A DNA stretch of 45,120 nt, from NCBI GenBank assembly GCA_020429395.1, contig JAGQLL010000025.1, positions 810 through 45,929 of the forward strand, read 5' to 3'. Position 1 is the first letter of the stretch; each line of letters starts with the position of its first letter. Source of the stretch: Candidatus Dojkabacteria bacterium (GTDB lineage Bacteria > Patescibacteriota > Dojkabacteria > B142 > OLB20). Both the position numbers and the translations under genes were made by a program. Positions 35,590-44,770 of this stretch are shown piece by piece. Below the pieces are notes generated by a model. That model was not told the origin of the DNA and ran no database searches. It was given only the letters and a program-made list of their open reading frames with translations.

Positions 35590-36270
35590 ATGATAAAATT
35601 ATTAATTGTTAAATTCTATCAGCAGTTGAGGACATTTAAAGAGTTAAAATTTAGCATAGTTTCAAAAGTACTTTTCTTCGCTTCGTTTCTTACAGTTCTC
35701 TTCCATTTCCTGCTACATCCAGTAAAAATCCTAAATATGAGTACCAGTGTATTTTACTTGGATGAAGAACTCACACTGGCAAGTATATTGACTGTAAGCT
35801 TTGCATTCTATTGTGGAATTCTTGCTCTTGAATATTTCTTGAAAAGCAAAAAGTCACTCGATTTCCTATGGATATTAATATTCTGGGGTTTAGCATTTGA
35901 TGAATATTTCTCCATACACGAATATCTCAACGATCTTATTAAAAAGAACATTATAGGAAATGATTTCTTGCGTGAACTAGCATCGATCTCCTGGGTTTTT
36001 ACACTGGGGATAATATTTATACTAATAGCGTTATTTATAATCAGAGGAGTAATAATAGAGAAAGATATGAGAATTAAATTATTACTATTACTTGGCGTTA
36101 TTTCATATCTCACAGTAATTGGGGTAGAAGTAGTGGGAGGACAAACATACGGTTCTGTATTTTACATATTATTTGTTGGAATTGAGGAAGGTTTAGAAAT
36201 GATAGGAACTGTATTTTTCATTGAAGCTTTTAGAAATAAATTATTAATTCATAAAAATGGCAGAACTTAA
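35590..36270 (+). CDS. Hypothetical polytopic membrane protein (about 6-7 TM)
   Basis: Repeated hydrophobic helices (VLFFASFLTVLFHFLL, ILTVSFAFYCGILAL, LWILIFWGLAF, WVFTLGIIFILIALFII, LLLLGVISYLTVIGV, FYILFVGIEEGLEMIGTVFFI). It is divergent from the MazG/rSAM operon. I recognise no family. Confidence 0.5.
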   Translation: MIKLLIVKFYQQLRTFKELKFSIVSKVLFFASFLTVLFHFLLHPVKILNMSTSVFYLDEELTLASILTVSFAFYCGILALEYFLKSKKSLDFLWILIFWGLAFDEYFSIHEYLNDLIKKNIIGNDFLRELASISWVFTLGIIFILIALFIIRGVIIEKDMRIKLLLLLGVISYLTVIGVEVVGGQTYGSVFYILFVGIEEGLEMIGTVFFIEAFRNKLLIHKNGRT

Positions 36271-36682
36271 GACAAAAGAGAATAAAGTTGATGTAGTCAC
36301 ATTTATAAATAATGTCGACAATCAACAAAGAAGAGAAGATGGTTTAGAATTGTTACAAATATTTAGAGATGTTACTGGACTAGAACCGAAAATGTGGGGA
36401 AGTTCAATAATAGGTTTTGGGAAATATCATTACAAGTCAGAGAGAAGTCGTCAAGAAGGGGATTGGCCTCTGGTAGGTTTTTCTCCTCGAAAACAACAGT
36501 TGTCACTATACTTTATGGATGGTTTTGATAATTATAAGAGTGAACTTGAAAAACTTGGGAAATACAAAACTAGTGTAAGTTGTCTTTATGTAAAAAAGCT
36601 TTCAGACATAGATAAATCTGTTCTAAAAGAGATGATCACTAAATCCTATAAGAATATGAAGAAAACCTATAAAGTTATTTAG
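36257..36682 (+). CDS. DUF1801 (YdhG-like) domain protein
   Basis: QQRREDGLELLQIFRDVTGLEPKMWGSSIIGFGKYHYKSERSRQEGDWPLVGFSPRKQQLSLY matches the DUF1801 pattern as I recall it. Confidence 0.65.
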   Translation: MAELKTKENKVDVVTFINNVDNQQRREDGLELLQIFRDVTGLEPKMWGSSIIGFGKYHYKSERSRQEGDWPLVGFSPRKQQLSLYFMDGFDNYKSELEKLGKYKTSVSCLYVKKLSDIDKSVLKEMITKSYKNMKKTYKVI

Positions 36683-37595
36683 TATTGTTGTTCACGACGT
36701 TTGAAGTTATCATAGCTTCTCTGAGCTGTCCTGCTAAATCATGCATGCCTCCTGGACCATGAGGAATAAGCAAAGTATTGGTTTTTGAATCAGCACCAAT
36801 TTCTTTTAATGTATCGAAATACTGAGTCATCAACACTAAGTTCATGACATCTTGAGGAGATGATCCGGGAATACTTTTCTGAAAACCATCGACAGAATCT
36901 GTTAAACCTTCAATAATTGCTTTTCTTTGGTCTGCGATACCTTTTCCTTGTAGTGCTTTGGACTCAGCATCAGCTTCTGCTGCTTTCACTTTGATGATTT
37001 TCTCTGCTTCTCCTTTCTCGCTTGCGGCTACTCTCAATCTCTGTGCAGCGTTGATCTCGTTCATAGCATCTTTTACTTTTTGGTCTGGTTCGATATCCGT
37101 CACAAGTGAGTTAAGAATCTCAAATCCAAAATCAATCATAGTTTCATTTAATTCTTCCTTGACTGCCATAGCGATTTCTTCTTTCTTTTCGAAAAGTTCA
37201 TCTAAAGTGATTTTTGGAACCCTTGCTCTGATAGTATCGAATACATAAGAATTAATTTGTTGACCAGGATTATTTAATTTGTAAAATGCTTCGTAAACTT
37301 TTTCTGGAAGGATAAAATATTGTACAGATACAATTACAGTAACAAAAACATTGTCTTTGGTTTTTGTTTCTGCTTTTACATCTAACTGTTGGATTCTTAA
37401 TGTAACTCTGCCTGCAATTCTGTCAATAAATGGGATTCGGAAATTCAACCCAGGTTTCGCCATTCGTACGAATTTTCCAAAACGTTCAATAATAGCTACC
37501 GTTTGTTGTTCGACGGTAAATACTGCAGATATTAGCAAGAAAAAAAGAATAACGGGAACAACTACAAAGAAACTCGTGAATAAAGCTGTCAACAT
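36675..37595 (-). CDS. SPFH/Band-7 (stomatin/prohibitin-like) membrane protein
   Basis: N-terminal TM, then VEQQTVAIIERFGKFVRMAKPGLNFRIPFIDRI..., followed by an Ala/Glu-rich coiled coil AQRLRVAASEKGEAEKIIKVKAAEADAESKALQG. Confidence 0.85.
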   Translation of the reverse strand: MLTALFTSFFVVVPVILFFLLISAVFTVEQQTVAIIERFGKFVRMAKPGLNFRIPFIDRIAGRVTLRIQQLDVKAETKTKDNVFVTVIVSVQYFILPEKVYEAFYKLNNPGQQINSYVFDTIRARVPKITLDELFEKKEEIAMAVKEELNETMIDFGFEILNSLVTDIEPDQKVKDAMNEINAAQRLRVAASEKGEAEKIIKVKAAEADAESKALQGKGIADQRKAIIEGLTDSVDGFQKSIPGSSPQDVMNLVLMTQYFDTLKEIGADSKTNTLLIPHGPGGMHDLAGQLREAMITSNVVNNNTK

Positions 37596-37742
37596 GGTGA
37601 TAAGTATAATATAACTTATTTTACCATATTATTTATTTCAAATTATAAATAGAAATAATCAAACGATGGTTTACTACAGTTTTACTTTCTCAATAATTTA
37701 AGCATATAATATTCAACGGTTTTATATCTTATCGTTATATAA

Positions 37743-39008
37743 ATGGCAAAAATCTCCCAAATAAATGCATATGAAATCCTTGCATCAGGCGGATATCCAA
37801 CACTTGAAGTTGAAGTTACTCTAGATTCAGGACATAAGGGAAGTGCTTCTGTACCTTATGGTGCATCTGCAGGTTCACATGAGGCTGTTGTTTTAAACGA
37901 TGAAGATAACAAAAGATATGACGGAAAAGGTGTACTAAAGGCGATTAATCATGTCCATGAAGAAATTGCTCCGCTACTAACAGGCATGGATTCTGCCGAC
38001 CAGAGGGTGATTGATGAAAAAATGATAGAACTTGATGGAACTCCAAATAAAGCTAAACTTGGTGGAAATACCATACTTGCAGTATCTCTTGCGGTAGCAA
38101 GGGCTAGTGCAAGTCTCGAAGGAAAAGAACTTTTTCAATACATTATAGATAAATATGATACTGGAGTTGATTTGTCAAAGCTTCCTGCACCCATGATTGT
38201 GATGATTGAAGGTGGAAAACATGCAGATGATACAACTGATTTACAAGAATTTTGCGTATCAGCAATTGGAGAACAAAGTGCTGCAGAAAAAGTTCGTATT
38301 GTAATTGAAATTTATCATCAACTTAAAAAGGTTCTCAAAGAGAATAAATTATCAACAAATGTTGGAAATGAGGGCGCATTTGCTCCAAACGGAATCCCAG
38401 ACAATGAGGCACCTTTTAAATATATTACAAAAGCTATAGAAAATGCAGGTTATGTTGCAGGAAAAGATGTAGGAATATCGATTGATGCTGCAGCAAGTGA
38501 ATTCTATGAAGACGGAAAATATAATCTAAAAGTTGAAAACCGTGTTCTAACAGCAGATGAATTAATAAAATATTATGAAAGTTGGTTAGAGAAATATCCA
38601 ATAGTTACCTATGAAGATATGTTACATGAAGATGATTGGGATAACTGGGTGAAAATGCTACCTATAACTGATAAACATAATATTGTTCATATAGGCGATG
38701 ATCTTACTGTTACTAATCTTGAAAGATTACAAAAAGCTATTGATTTGAAAGCAATTTCAGCAATTTTGATCAAACTAAATCAAGCTGGATCTTTAACGGA
38801 AACAGTAGATACATGTATGTTAGCTAATAAACACGGATTGATGACAACCACTTCACACAGAGGTGGGGGTGAGACAAATGATTCAGCTATGGTTGATCTA
38901 GCAGTTGCTGTCGGAAGTAGATTTATAAAAGTCGGTCCTACACGAGGAGAGAGAGTTTCGAAGTACAACAGATTAATGGAAATTGAGCGAAATTTATCAA
39001 AGGAATAG
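37743..39008 (+). CDS. eno: Enolase (phosphopyruvate hydratase), divergent
   Basis: I..INAYEILASGGYPTLEVEV, VPYGASAGSHEA, RYDGKGV, IDAAASEFY, YEDML.EDDW, IGDDL, LIKLNQAGS, SHRGGGETND and IKVGPTRGERVSKYNRLMEIE parallel the enolase metal and catalytic motifs. Confidence 0.9.
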   Translation: MAKISQINAYEILASGGYPTLEVEVTLDSGHKGSASVPYGASAGSHEAVVLNDEDNKRYDGKGVLKAINHVHEEIAPLLTGMDSADQRVIDEKMIELDGTPNKAKLGGNTILAVSLAVARASASLEGKELFQYIIDKYDTGVDLSKLPAPMIVMIEGGKHADDTTDLQEFCVSAIGEQSAAEKVRIVIEIYHQLKKVLKENKLSTNVGNEGAFAPNGIPDNEAPFKYITKAIENAGYVAGKDVGISIDAAASEFYEDGKYNLKVENRVLTADELIKYYESWLEKYPIVTYEDMLHEDDWDNWVKMLPITDKHNIVHIGDDLTVTNLERLQKAIDLKAISAILIKLNQAGSLTETVDTCMLANKHGLMTTTSHRGGGETNDSAMVDLAVAVGSRFIKVGPTRGERVSKYNRLMEIERNLSKE

Positions 39009-39009
39009 A

Positions 39010-40533
39010 ATGACAAAAAAAAGAAAAAAAGTTGTATTAGTAATTATGGACGGATGGGGAATTGCCCCTCCAGACAAATTCAATGCTATCGATAATGCCA
39101 AAACACCCAACTTCGATAGACTCATCAGAGAGTATCCAAATACATCACTTAAAACCGATGGTGAATCAGTGGGTCTGTCTGAAGGCCAATTTGGTACTTC
39201 GGAAATCAATCACCTTACGATTGGTTCTGGACGAGTAATATGGCAGGAACTTCCTAAGATAGACAAAGATATTGAAACTGGAGAATTTTTCACAAATACT
39301 GCTTTATTACAAACAATAAATCATGTGGTGAAAAATAAATCCACACTCCATTTAACGGGGATTTTAAGTGATGGAGGAGTTCACAGTCATATACGTCATC
39401 TTTTCGCAATTTTAGAAATGTTAGACAGACTCAGCTTTAATTATCCTATAAGTCTACATATATATGCGGATGGAAGAGATGTTGCTCCAAAATCTATTAC
39501 CAAGTATATGAAGATGCTAGAGAAAGAAATTTCAAAGAGAAATAAATTAAAAATCACCATAAGCACACTACAGGGAAGAGTTTTCCTAGATAGGGATAGA
39601 GACTGGGAGAAAACCGACAAGGCATTTCAATTGATTTTTAAGGGAACAGGTAATGAAATTGAGAGTTGGTCTTCAGTAGTTAATCTAGAATATAACCGAA
39701 ATCAAACAGACGAATATTTTGAGCAATATGTCTTGAATAAAAAACATCTTTTGTCTGCAAACGATGGGCTCATAATGACTCATTTTAGAACCGATAGGCA
39801 ATATCAGATTATAAAAAGAATTTTACAAGAGGATATACCAAATTTCGAAATTACCTCATTTGTGAAAGCAAGTGAAGAGTTTGAAACATTAAAAATAGCT
39901 TTCCCTCGTGATGATGTAAGTGGCACTTTAGCTGAAGTAATCTCGGAAAATGGATTAAAACAATCACATGTGACAGAAACTGAAAAATTTCCTCATCTAA
40001 CATATTTCTTGAATGGTCAAAGAGAAACTGAATTGCCTAAAGAAACGTGGAAAATGTTTGAATCAAATCGCTACGTAAAGCCTAAATATGCTCTGGAGCC
40101 AACAATGAGGAACTACAAAATCGCTCAAGAAGTAACCAATGCAATAATACATGATACATACGACTTTATAGTAGCTAACTTTAGTAGTCCTGACATGGTA
40201 GGACATACTGGCAACTATCATGCAGCGGTTGTGTCTGCAGAATCTGTAGACCATTGTCTTTCTAAGATTTACGAATCTATAAAAGACAAACTTGATGATT
40301 ATGTTTTAATGGTTACAGCGGATCACGGGAATTCGGAAATTATGTGGGATTATAAAAATGACCAACCTCATACCCAGCATACATTATCCAAAGTGCCATT
40401 CATTATGGTTGGTAATATGAATGTGGAATTAGAAAGAGGAGTGAGTTTGATAGATATCGCACCCACAATCCTAGAACTTCTAGGTCTTGAGAAATCTACT
40501 GGAATGACAGGTAATAGTATAATTCGAGATTAA
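39010..40533 (+). CDS. gpmI: 2,3-bisphosphoglycerate-independent phosphoglycerate mutase
   Basis: VVLVIMDGWG, GLSEGQFGTSEINHLTIGSGR, GILSDGGVHSH, ADGRDV, TEKFPHLTYFLNG, NFSSPDMVGHTG and TADHGN are iPGM motifs. I prefer the ATG at 39010, 2 nt after the eno stop. Confidence 0.9.
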   Translation: MTKKRKKVVLVIMDGWGIAPPDKFNAIDNAKTPNFDRLIREYPNTSLKTDGESVGLSEGQFGTSEINHLTIGSGRVIWQELPKIDKDIETGEFFTNTALLQTINHVVKNKSTLHLTGILSDGGVHSHIRHLFAILEMLDRLSFNYPISLHIYADGRDVAPKSITKYMKMLEKEISKRNKLKITISTLQGRVFLDRDRDWEKTDKAFQLIFKGTGNEIESWSSVVNLEYNRNQTDEYFEQYVLNKKHLLSANDGLIMTHFRTDRQYQIIKRILQEDIPNFEITSFVKASEEFETLKIAFPRDDVSGTLAEVISENGLKQSHVTETEKFPHLTYFLNGQRETELPKETWKMFESNRYVKPKYALEPTMRNYKIAQEVTNAIIHDTYDFIVANFSSPDMVGHTGNYHAAVVSAESVDHCLSKIYESIKDKLDDYVLMVTADHGNSEIMWDYKNDQPHTQHTLSKVPFIMVGNMNVELERGVSLIDIAPTILELLGLEKSTGMTGNSIIRD

Positions 40534-41216
40534 TCCCTTCTTCCGATACCCTGAACTCTCAAAATAAAATACAGAAGTGTTCCTATCGACTGGATTGTTG
40601 CAGCTACATAAGTAAGTGCTGCCGCTGATAAGACTTTTTTAACTCCTGGAATTTCTTGGGGGAGTAAAATTTGTTCTTGGTTGATAAGTTTGAGTGCTCT
40701 TCGACTTGCATCGATCTCTATAGGTAGGGTTATCAAACTAAAGAAAGTTGCTCCTGAGAATAGAATAATACCTAACCATGCTAAGTTTGATAGGCCAAGA
40801 ATGATTCCTCCGATAAGCATTATATAGCCAATATTTGTACCAATATTAAGTGTTGGTACTAAGGCAGTTCTTAGTCTAATTAGGGCACTTCCAGTCATGT
40901 GCTGTTGGACGTGACCTAGTTCATGAGCAGCGATACCCACAGATGTTATAGAAGACTTTTCTGCTATATCTTTTGAAAGTGTAAGTACACGATTGGTTGG
41001 ATTGTAGTTGTCTCCAAGGCTCTGGTTTGTTAAGGCAAGGCTTATATCAAAATTATGGTTATTAGAGATTTTTTCTACAGTTTGTGCTCCATTGAAGTTA
41101 CTAACTGGAGTTTGTTTAAAATACCTTCCAGTCCAAATTTTTAGTAAAATCTGCGCTACAATTCCGACTATTAAGGCAGGTAATGCGAAAATTAAATAAA
41201 GTGGGTCAATAAACAT
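40530..41216 (-). CDS. Membrane zinc metallopeptidase (YugP-like, Zn_peptidase_2)
   Basis: N-terminal TM, HExxH in AAHELGHVQQH, and three C-terminal TM helices. The architecture is as in YugP. Confidence 0.75.
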   Translation of the reverse strand: MFIDPLYLIFALPALIVGIVAQILLKIWTGRYFKQTPVSNFNGAQTVEKISNNHNFDISLALTNQSLGDNYNPTNRVLTLSKDIAEKSSITSVGIAAHELGHVQQHMTGSALIRLRTALVPTLNIGTNIGYIMLIGGIILGLSNLAWLGIILFSGATFFSLITLPIEIDASRRALKLINQEQILLPQEIPGVKKVLSAAALTYVAATIQSIGTLLYFILRVQGIGRRD

Positions 41217-41328
41217 TTCTTTTAAATATTAAAAATTTATGAACTAATATTATAACAAATATTACTTTCACTAATGGTGCGAAAGTGTAATCTTTGCTAG
41301 AATGTATCTTTCTATTACGTAATTTTCA

Positions 41329-41946
41329 ATGAAGAATTTAAATACAAATATAGTATTAATCGTTTCTTTAGTTTTAGGTATAGGTTTATTTGCAGGTTTA
41401 GTTTATTTCATTAAAGCAAACAAAACAGAAGAAGTAGTTGAGCTTCCAGTCGTTTTGGAAGAATTCTCGGATTTTGAATGTCCAGCATGTGCTGCTTATT
41501 TTGAGGTTGTAGAACAAATCAGAACAGAGTTTAGTGAGGAAGAATTTGAATTTAAATATAGACATCTCCCACTCACCACAATTCATGAATACGCATATAG
41601 TTCAGCAATCGCTTCCGAAGCAGCTAGAGAACAAGGAAAGTTTGATGAATACTATAGAATACTCTTCGAGAATCAAGATAATTTAACAGAACAGGATTTA
41701 TTGAATTATGCTACAGAATTAGATTTGGATATTGAGAAATTTAAGAGTGATTTGGAAAACCCGGCTGTAATTGCTCGAGTAGATGATGATGCAAGCGAAG
41801 CTGAGTCTAGAGGATACGACTCCACCCCTACATTTGTATTAAATGGGAAAAGATTAACTATGACCTCGAATCCTGAAGAGCAACTCAGAAACGCTATTCA
41901 AGAAAAAATAGATCTCGCAAAATCACAACAACAAACGACAGAATAA
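41329..41946 (+). CDS. DsbA-family thiol:disulfide oxidoreductase, membrane-anchored
   Basis: N-terminal TM. CxxC in FSDFECPACAAY. The C-terminal STPTFVLNGKR is a cis-Pro loop pattern. Confidence 0.75.
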   Translation: MKNLNTNIVLIVSLVLGIGLFAGLVYFIKANKTEEVVELPVVLEEFSDFECPACAAYFEVVEQIRTEFSEEEFEFKYRHLPLTTIHEYAYSSAIASEAAREQGKFDEYYRILFENQDNLTEQDLLNYATELDLDIEKFKSDLENPAVIARVDDDASEAESRGYDSTPTFVLNGKRLTMTSNPEEQLRNAIQEKIDLAKSQQQTTE

Positions 41947-41967
41947 TTATTAATTGATACTAATCCA

Positions 41968-42615
41968 ATGCTTCAAAATTTCGTAATAGTAGGAATAACA
42001 GGTGTAGGGAAAACTTTCCTAGAACTTGAATTACAACAAAAACAAGGATTCTATGCATGGCCCAAATATACTGACAGAGAAGATTTGCGTCAAGAAGAGC
42101 AAGGTGCCCCTAATCTTGTAAAAGTTTCGAAAACAGATTTTCAGAGTATGCTCTCAGATTTTGTTTTTACCATGAAATACCTAAACAACAATTATGGTTG
42201 GAGGCGACAAGATTATGCACAGAATAGAGATAAAAATATTACATTAGCCATGACACTTGAGAATTTAGCTAACTTCATGGTCAAAGTTCCTGGATTTATG
42301 CCAATAATGTTGCATGTAGAGTTAAATAACTTTGGTCTAATTGAAAATCGAGTTAGAAGAAGAGAAGGATTTGAAAATTTAACTCCCGAACAACAAAGAT
42401 TTGTAAATGAAAAAGTTCAAGAAAGACTTATCTCCGCTCGATATGATCTAGAAAGATTTTCATTCTATCAGAATATTGTTAATAAATATGGAGGAAAAAT
42501 ATTCGTAATAAAAGATAATAATACTATTTATGAAGAAGTGATTCCTTTCATTTTGTCAAATAAAGAAAAACGAAACAAACAATCCGTAATGTCGATAGCC
42601 AACAAATATCGTTAA
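41968..42615 (+). CDS. Guanylate-kinase-like P-loop kinase (divergent)
   Basis: Walker A VGITGVGKTF. YTDREDLRQEEQGAPNLVKVSKTDFQSML...YLNNNYGW parallels the Gmk pattern TTR.pR.gE.dG.dY.Fvs...F...i....fle.a...gn.YGT. Confidence 0.4.
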   Translation: MLQNFVIVGITGVGKTFLELELQQKQGFYAWPKYTDREDLRQEEQGAPNLVKVSKTDFQSMLSDFVFTMKYLNNNYGWRRQDYAQNRDKNITLAMTLENLANFMVKVPGFMPIMLHVELNNFGLIENRVRRREGFENLTPEQQRFVNEKVQERLISARYDLERFSFYQNIVNKYGGKIFVIKDNNTIYEEVIPFILSNKEKRNKQSVMSIANKYR

Positions 42616-42625
42616 TCTAAGAAAG

Positions 42626-43960
42626 ATGATCAGCGACTTATTAAAAGTCTATAATTCCTTGATTAGTGAGTATATTTCCTTTCGTTCTATATCAACTCTA
42701 GATTCTACTCTCGAAATTAATAAAACAATAAATTGGCTTGAAAAGCTATTCCTCTCGCAGGGATTTGAAACAGAAATTATCGAAGGTTACGACAATCCTG
42801 TCATAATTTCAGAACGAATTATTAATAATAAATTCCCAACAATTCTTATTTATGGTCATTATGACGTTCAACCTGCGTCAGAGGAGGAGTGGGGTAACGA
42901 TCCATTTGTAGTAAGAAAAGAAAAAGGTAGACTTTTTGCCAGAGGTATTGTAGACAACAAAGGACAAATGCTTGTTCATTTGGTGAGTGTAATAAAATTG
43001 TTAGAAGAAAGTCGTCTTAAATACAATATAAAATTTTTAATTGAAGGCAATGAAGAAACTGGCTCACCTAATATTGGGAAATTGCTAGAAAAGCATAAAA
43101 GTAAACTGAAATCTGATTTGATTCTGATTTCAGATAGTGCACTATTAAAGAATCATCCTACAATTGAGATGAGTTTGCGAGGAGTTTTCAACACGACTTT
43201 GACAATAAAAACTTCTAGTAAGGATTTGCATTCGGGTCTATTTGGAGGAGCGGTCCCGAATTCAGCTCAAATTGCGAGTGAATTTATCAGTAAAATAAGA
43301 GATGAAAAAGGATTTATTAGAATTAATGGTTTTTATGAGAAAGTTATCAATCCTGAAGAAAAATATCTTAAATTGACCAGAGACATTCCTTTTGAGATGG
43401 ATGAATTCTCGGAATTAACCGGAACGAAAAAAGTTCTTTTAGAAGAAGGTCACAATTTCTATTCACAAGCAGGTCTTAGGCCAACATGTGAAGTTACTGG
43501 AATAGAGTCTGGTTACACAGGAATAGGTTATAGAAATAGTATTCCTTCACAAACTATTGTTAAATTCAATTTTAGATTAGTTCCAAATCAAGAACCCGCA
43601 GAAATCTTGGAAAAGTTTAAAAAATTCACGCGTCAAGGTTTACCTGCGTATGTGGATTTTGAGTTTTCAAAACCTGAAAAAACAGAAGGAACAGTTAAAC
43701 CAATTATGTTAGACCCAAATAATGTGCATACGAAGAAGGCGACTAAATTACTTGAAAAAATTTATCATAAGAAAGTGTTATACGATTTCAACGGAGCAAC
43801 ACTTCCAATTGTTGTAGATTTTACAAATATTTTGAAAACAGATATGCTAATGGTCGCATTGGCTAATGAAGATTGTAATATGCACGCAGTTGATGAAAAT
43901 TTCGATTTACAAAGCTTAGAAAAAGCATTAGAGTTTAGTTATAACTTCTTAAGTTCATAG
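42626..43960 (+). CDS. M20-family dipeptidase/peptidase (ArgE/DapE/ACY1 superfamily)
   Basis: ILIYGHYDVQPA, WGNDPF, RGIVDNKGQ, IEGNEETGS and a C-terminal NMHAVDEN are M20 metal-ligand motifs. Confidence 0.8.
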   Translation: MISDLLKVYNSLISEYISFRSISTLDSTLEINKTINWLEKLFLSQGFETEIIEGYDNPVIISERIINNKFPTILIYGHYDVQPASEEEWGNDPFVVRKEKGRLFARGIVDNKGQMLVHLVSVIKLLEESRLKYNIKFLIEGNEETGSPNIGKLLEKHKSKLKSDLILISDSALLKNHPTIEMSLRGVFNTTLTIKTSSKDLHSGLFGGAVPNSAQIASEFISKIRDEKGFIRINGFYEKVINPEEKYLKLTRDIPFEMDEFSELTGTKKVLLEEGHNFYSQAGLRPTCEVTGIESGYTGIGYRNSIPSQTIVKFNFRLVPNQEPAEILEKFKKFTRQGLPAYVDFEFSKPEKTEGTVKPIMLDPNNVHTKKATKLLEKIYHKKVLYDFNGATLPIVVDFTNILKTDMLMVALANEDCNMHAVDENFDLQSLEKALEFSYNFLSS

Positions 43961-43961
43961 T

Positions 43962-44267
43962 ATGAAATTAATAAATTTTATTCTGAATGTTGTTGTCTCT
44001 CCACTATTAGTTATCGGTGGGATTTATTATTTCTATACTAAAGATATTAGAGAGGCAATATTTCTTGCTTTGTTATTAACAACAGTATCAACCGTATTTC
44101 AATTTTTTATTAAATTGATAAAAATATTTTTTTCTACTCTTACGTTTAACTTTGCAGGGGCAATTAAAAATTTAACTCAGATTCTCACCTCAATTGGAGT
44201 GGTAATTCTTTATTGGTTAGCGTATTATTTTTATTACGGAAGTAATTTCTCTACACAACTATTCTAA
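43962..44267 (+). CDS. Small hypothetical membrane protein (3 TM)
   Basis: 101 aa and mostly hydrophobic. It starts 1 nt after the M20 stop. I recognise no family. Confidence 0.4.
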   Translation: MKLINFILNVVVSPLLVIGGIYYFYTKDIREAIFLALLLTTVSTVFQFFIKLIKIFFSTLTFNFAGAIKNLTQILTSIGVVILYWLAYYFYYGSNFSTQLF

Positions 44268-44329
44268 AAATTAGTAATATATATTTATACATTGTAATAT
44301 ATTCTTAGTTATTATTATCTGCCCTAAAA

Positions 44330-44716
44330 ATGGAAGACAAAAGAAAAATACTTGTAGTAGAAGATGAACCAGATGCATTGGAAATATTTAAAGATATATT
44401 GAGTGAAGAAGGCTTTGAAGTCGATGGCGCAGAAGGTGGTCTTGTTGCTTTGGAGAGATTGGTAAATGCAAAATACGATTTGATACTACTCGATATTGTC
44501 ATGCCAGACAAAGATGGCATCTCAATTTTAGAGGAAATAAAAAGATTCCCTGACAAGTATGGTGATACAAAAGTTGTTATGTTGACCAATATTGGTGGAG
44601 ACTTAGCAGTTGATAAAGCTATGAAAATAGGCGCTTCTGGTTATCTCCTAAAATCAGAGACAGAGCCTGATGATCTAGTAAACGCTGTCAAACAATACTT
44701 AGGTTTGGGTGCTTGA
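44330..44716 (+). CDS. Stand-alone response-regulator receiver (CheY-like) protein
   Basis: KILVVEDEPD, LILLDIVMPDKDG (phospho-acceptor Asp), VVMLTN and GASGYLLKS (conserved Lys). Confidence 0.85.
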   Translation: MEDKRKILVVEDEPDALEIFKDILSEEGFEVDGAEGGLVALERLVNAKYDLILLDIVMPDKDGISILEEIKRFPDKYGDTKVVMLTNIGGDLAVDKAMKIGASGYLLKSETEPDDLVNAVKQYLGLGA

Positions 44717-44770
44717 CTTGACTATTTGAATCCAATCATAGTTTAATTCTCCTATAGTTTATAGTTTTTT

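Noticed and set aside
30067-36700. A genomic island integrated at tRNA-Ser(GGA) that carries the hydrolase and the radical SAM operon.
   Set aside because: The idea is tempting because tRNA genes are common integration sites and one gene is GC-anomalous. However, I found no integrase and no obvious direct repeat of the tRNA 3' end downstream, so the island hypothesis is unsupported from this window alone.
38860-38890. An extra Gly in the enolase active-site loop (SHRGGGETND versus canonical SHRSGETED), and ILASGGYPT versus ILDSRGNPT near the N-terminus.
   Set aside because: All metal-binding and catalytic positions I could align (the Ser of GAS, DAAASEF, EDML.EDDW, GDDL, KLNQ, SHR, and the K of IKVG) appear present. 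This probably reflects lineage divergence rather than loss of function.
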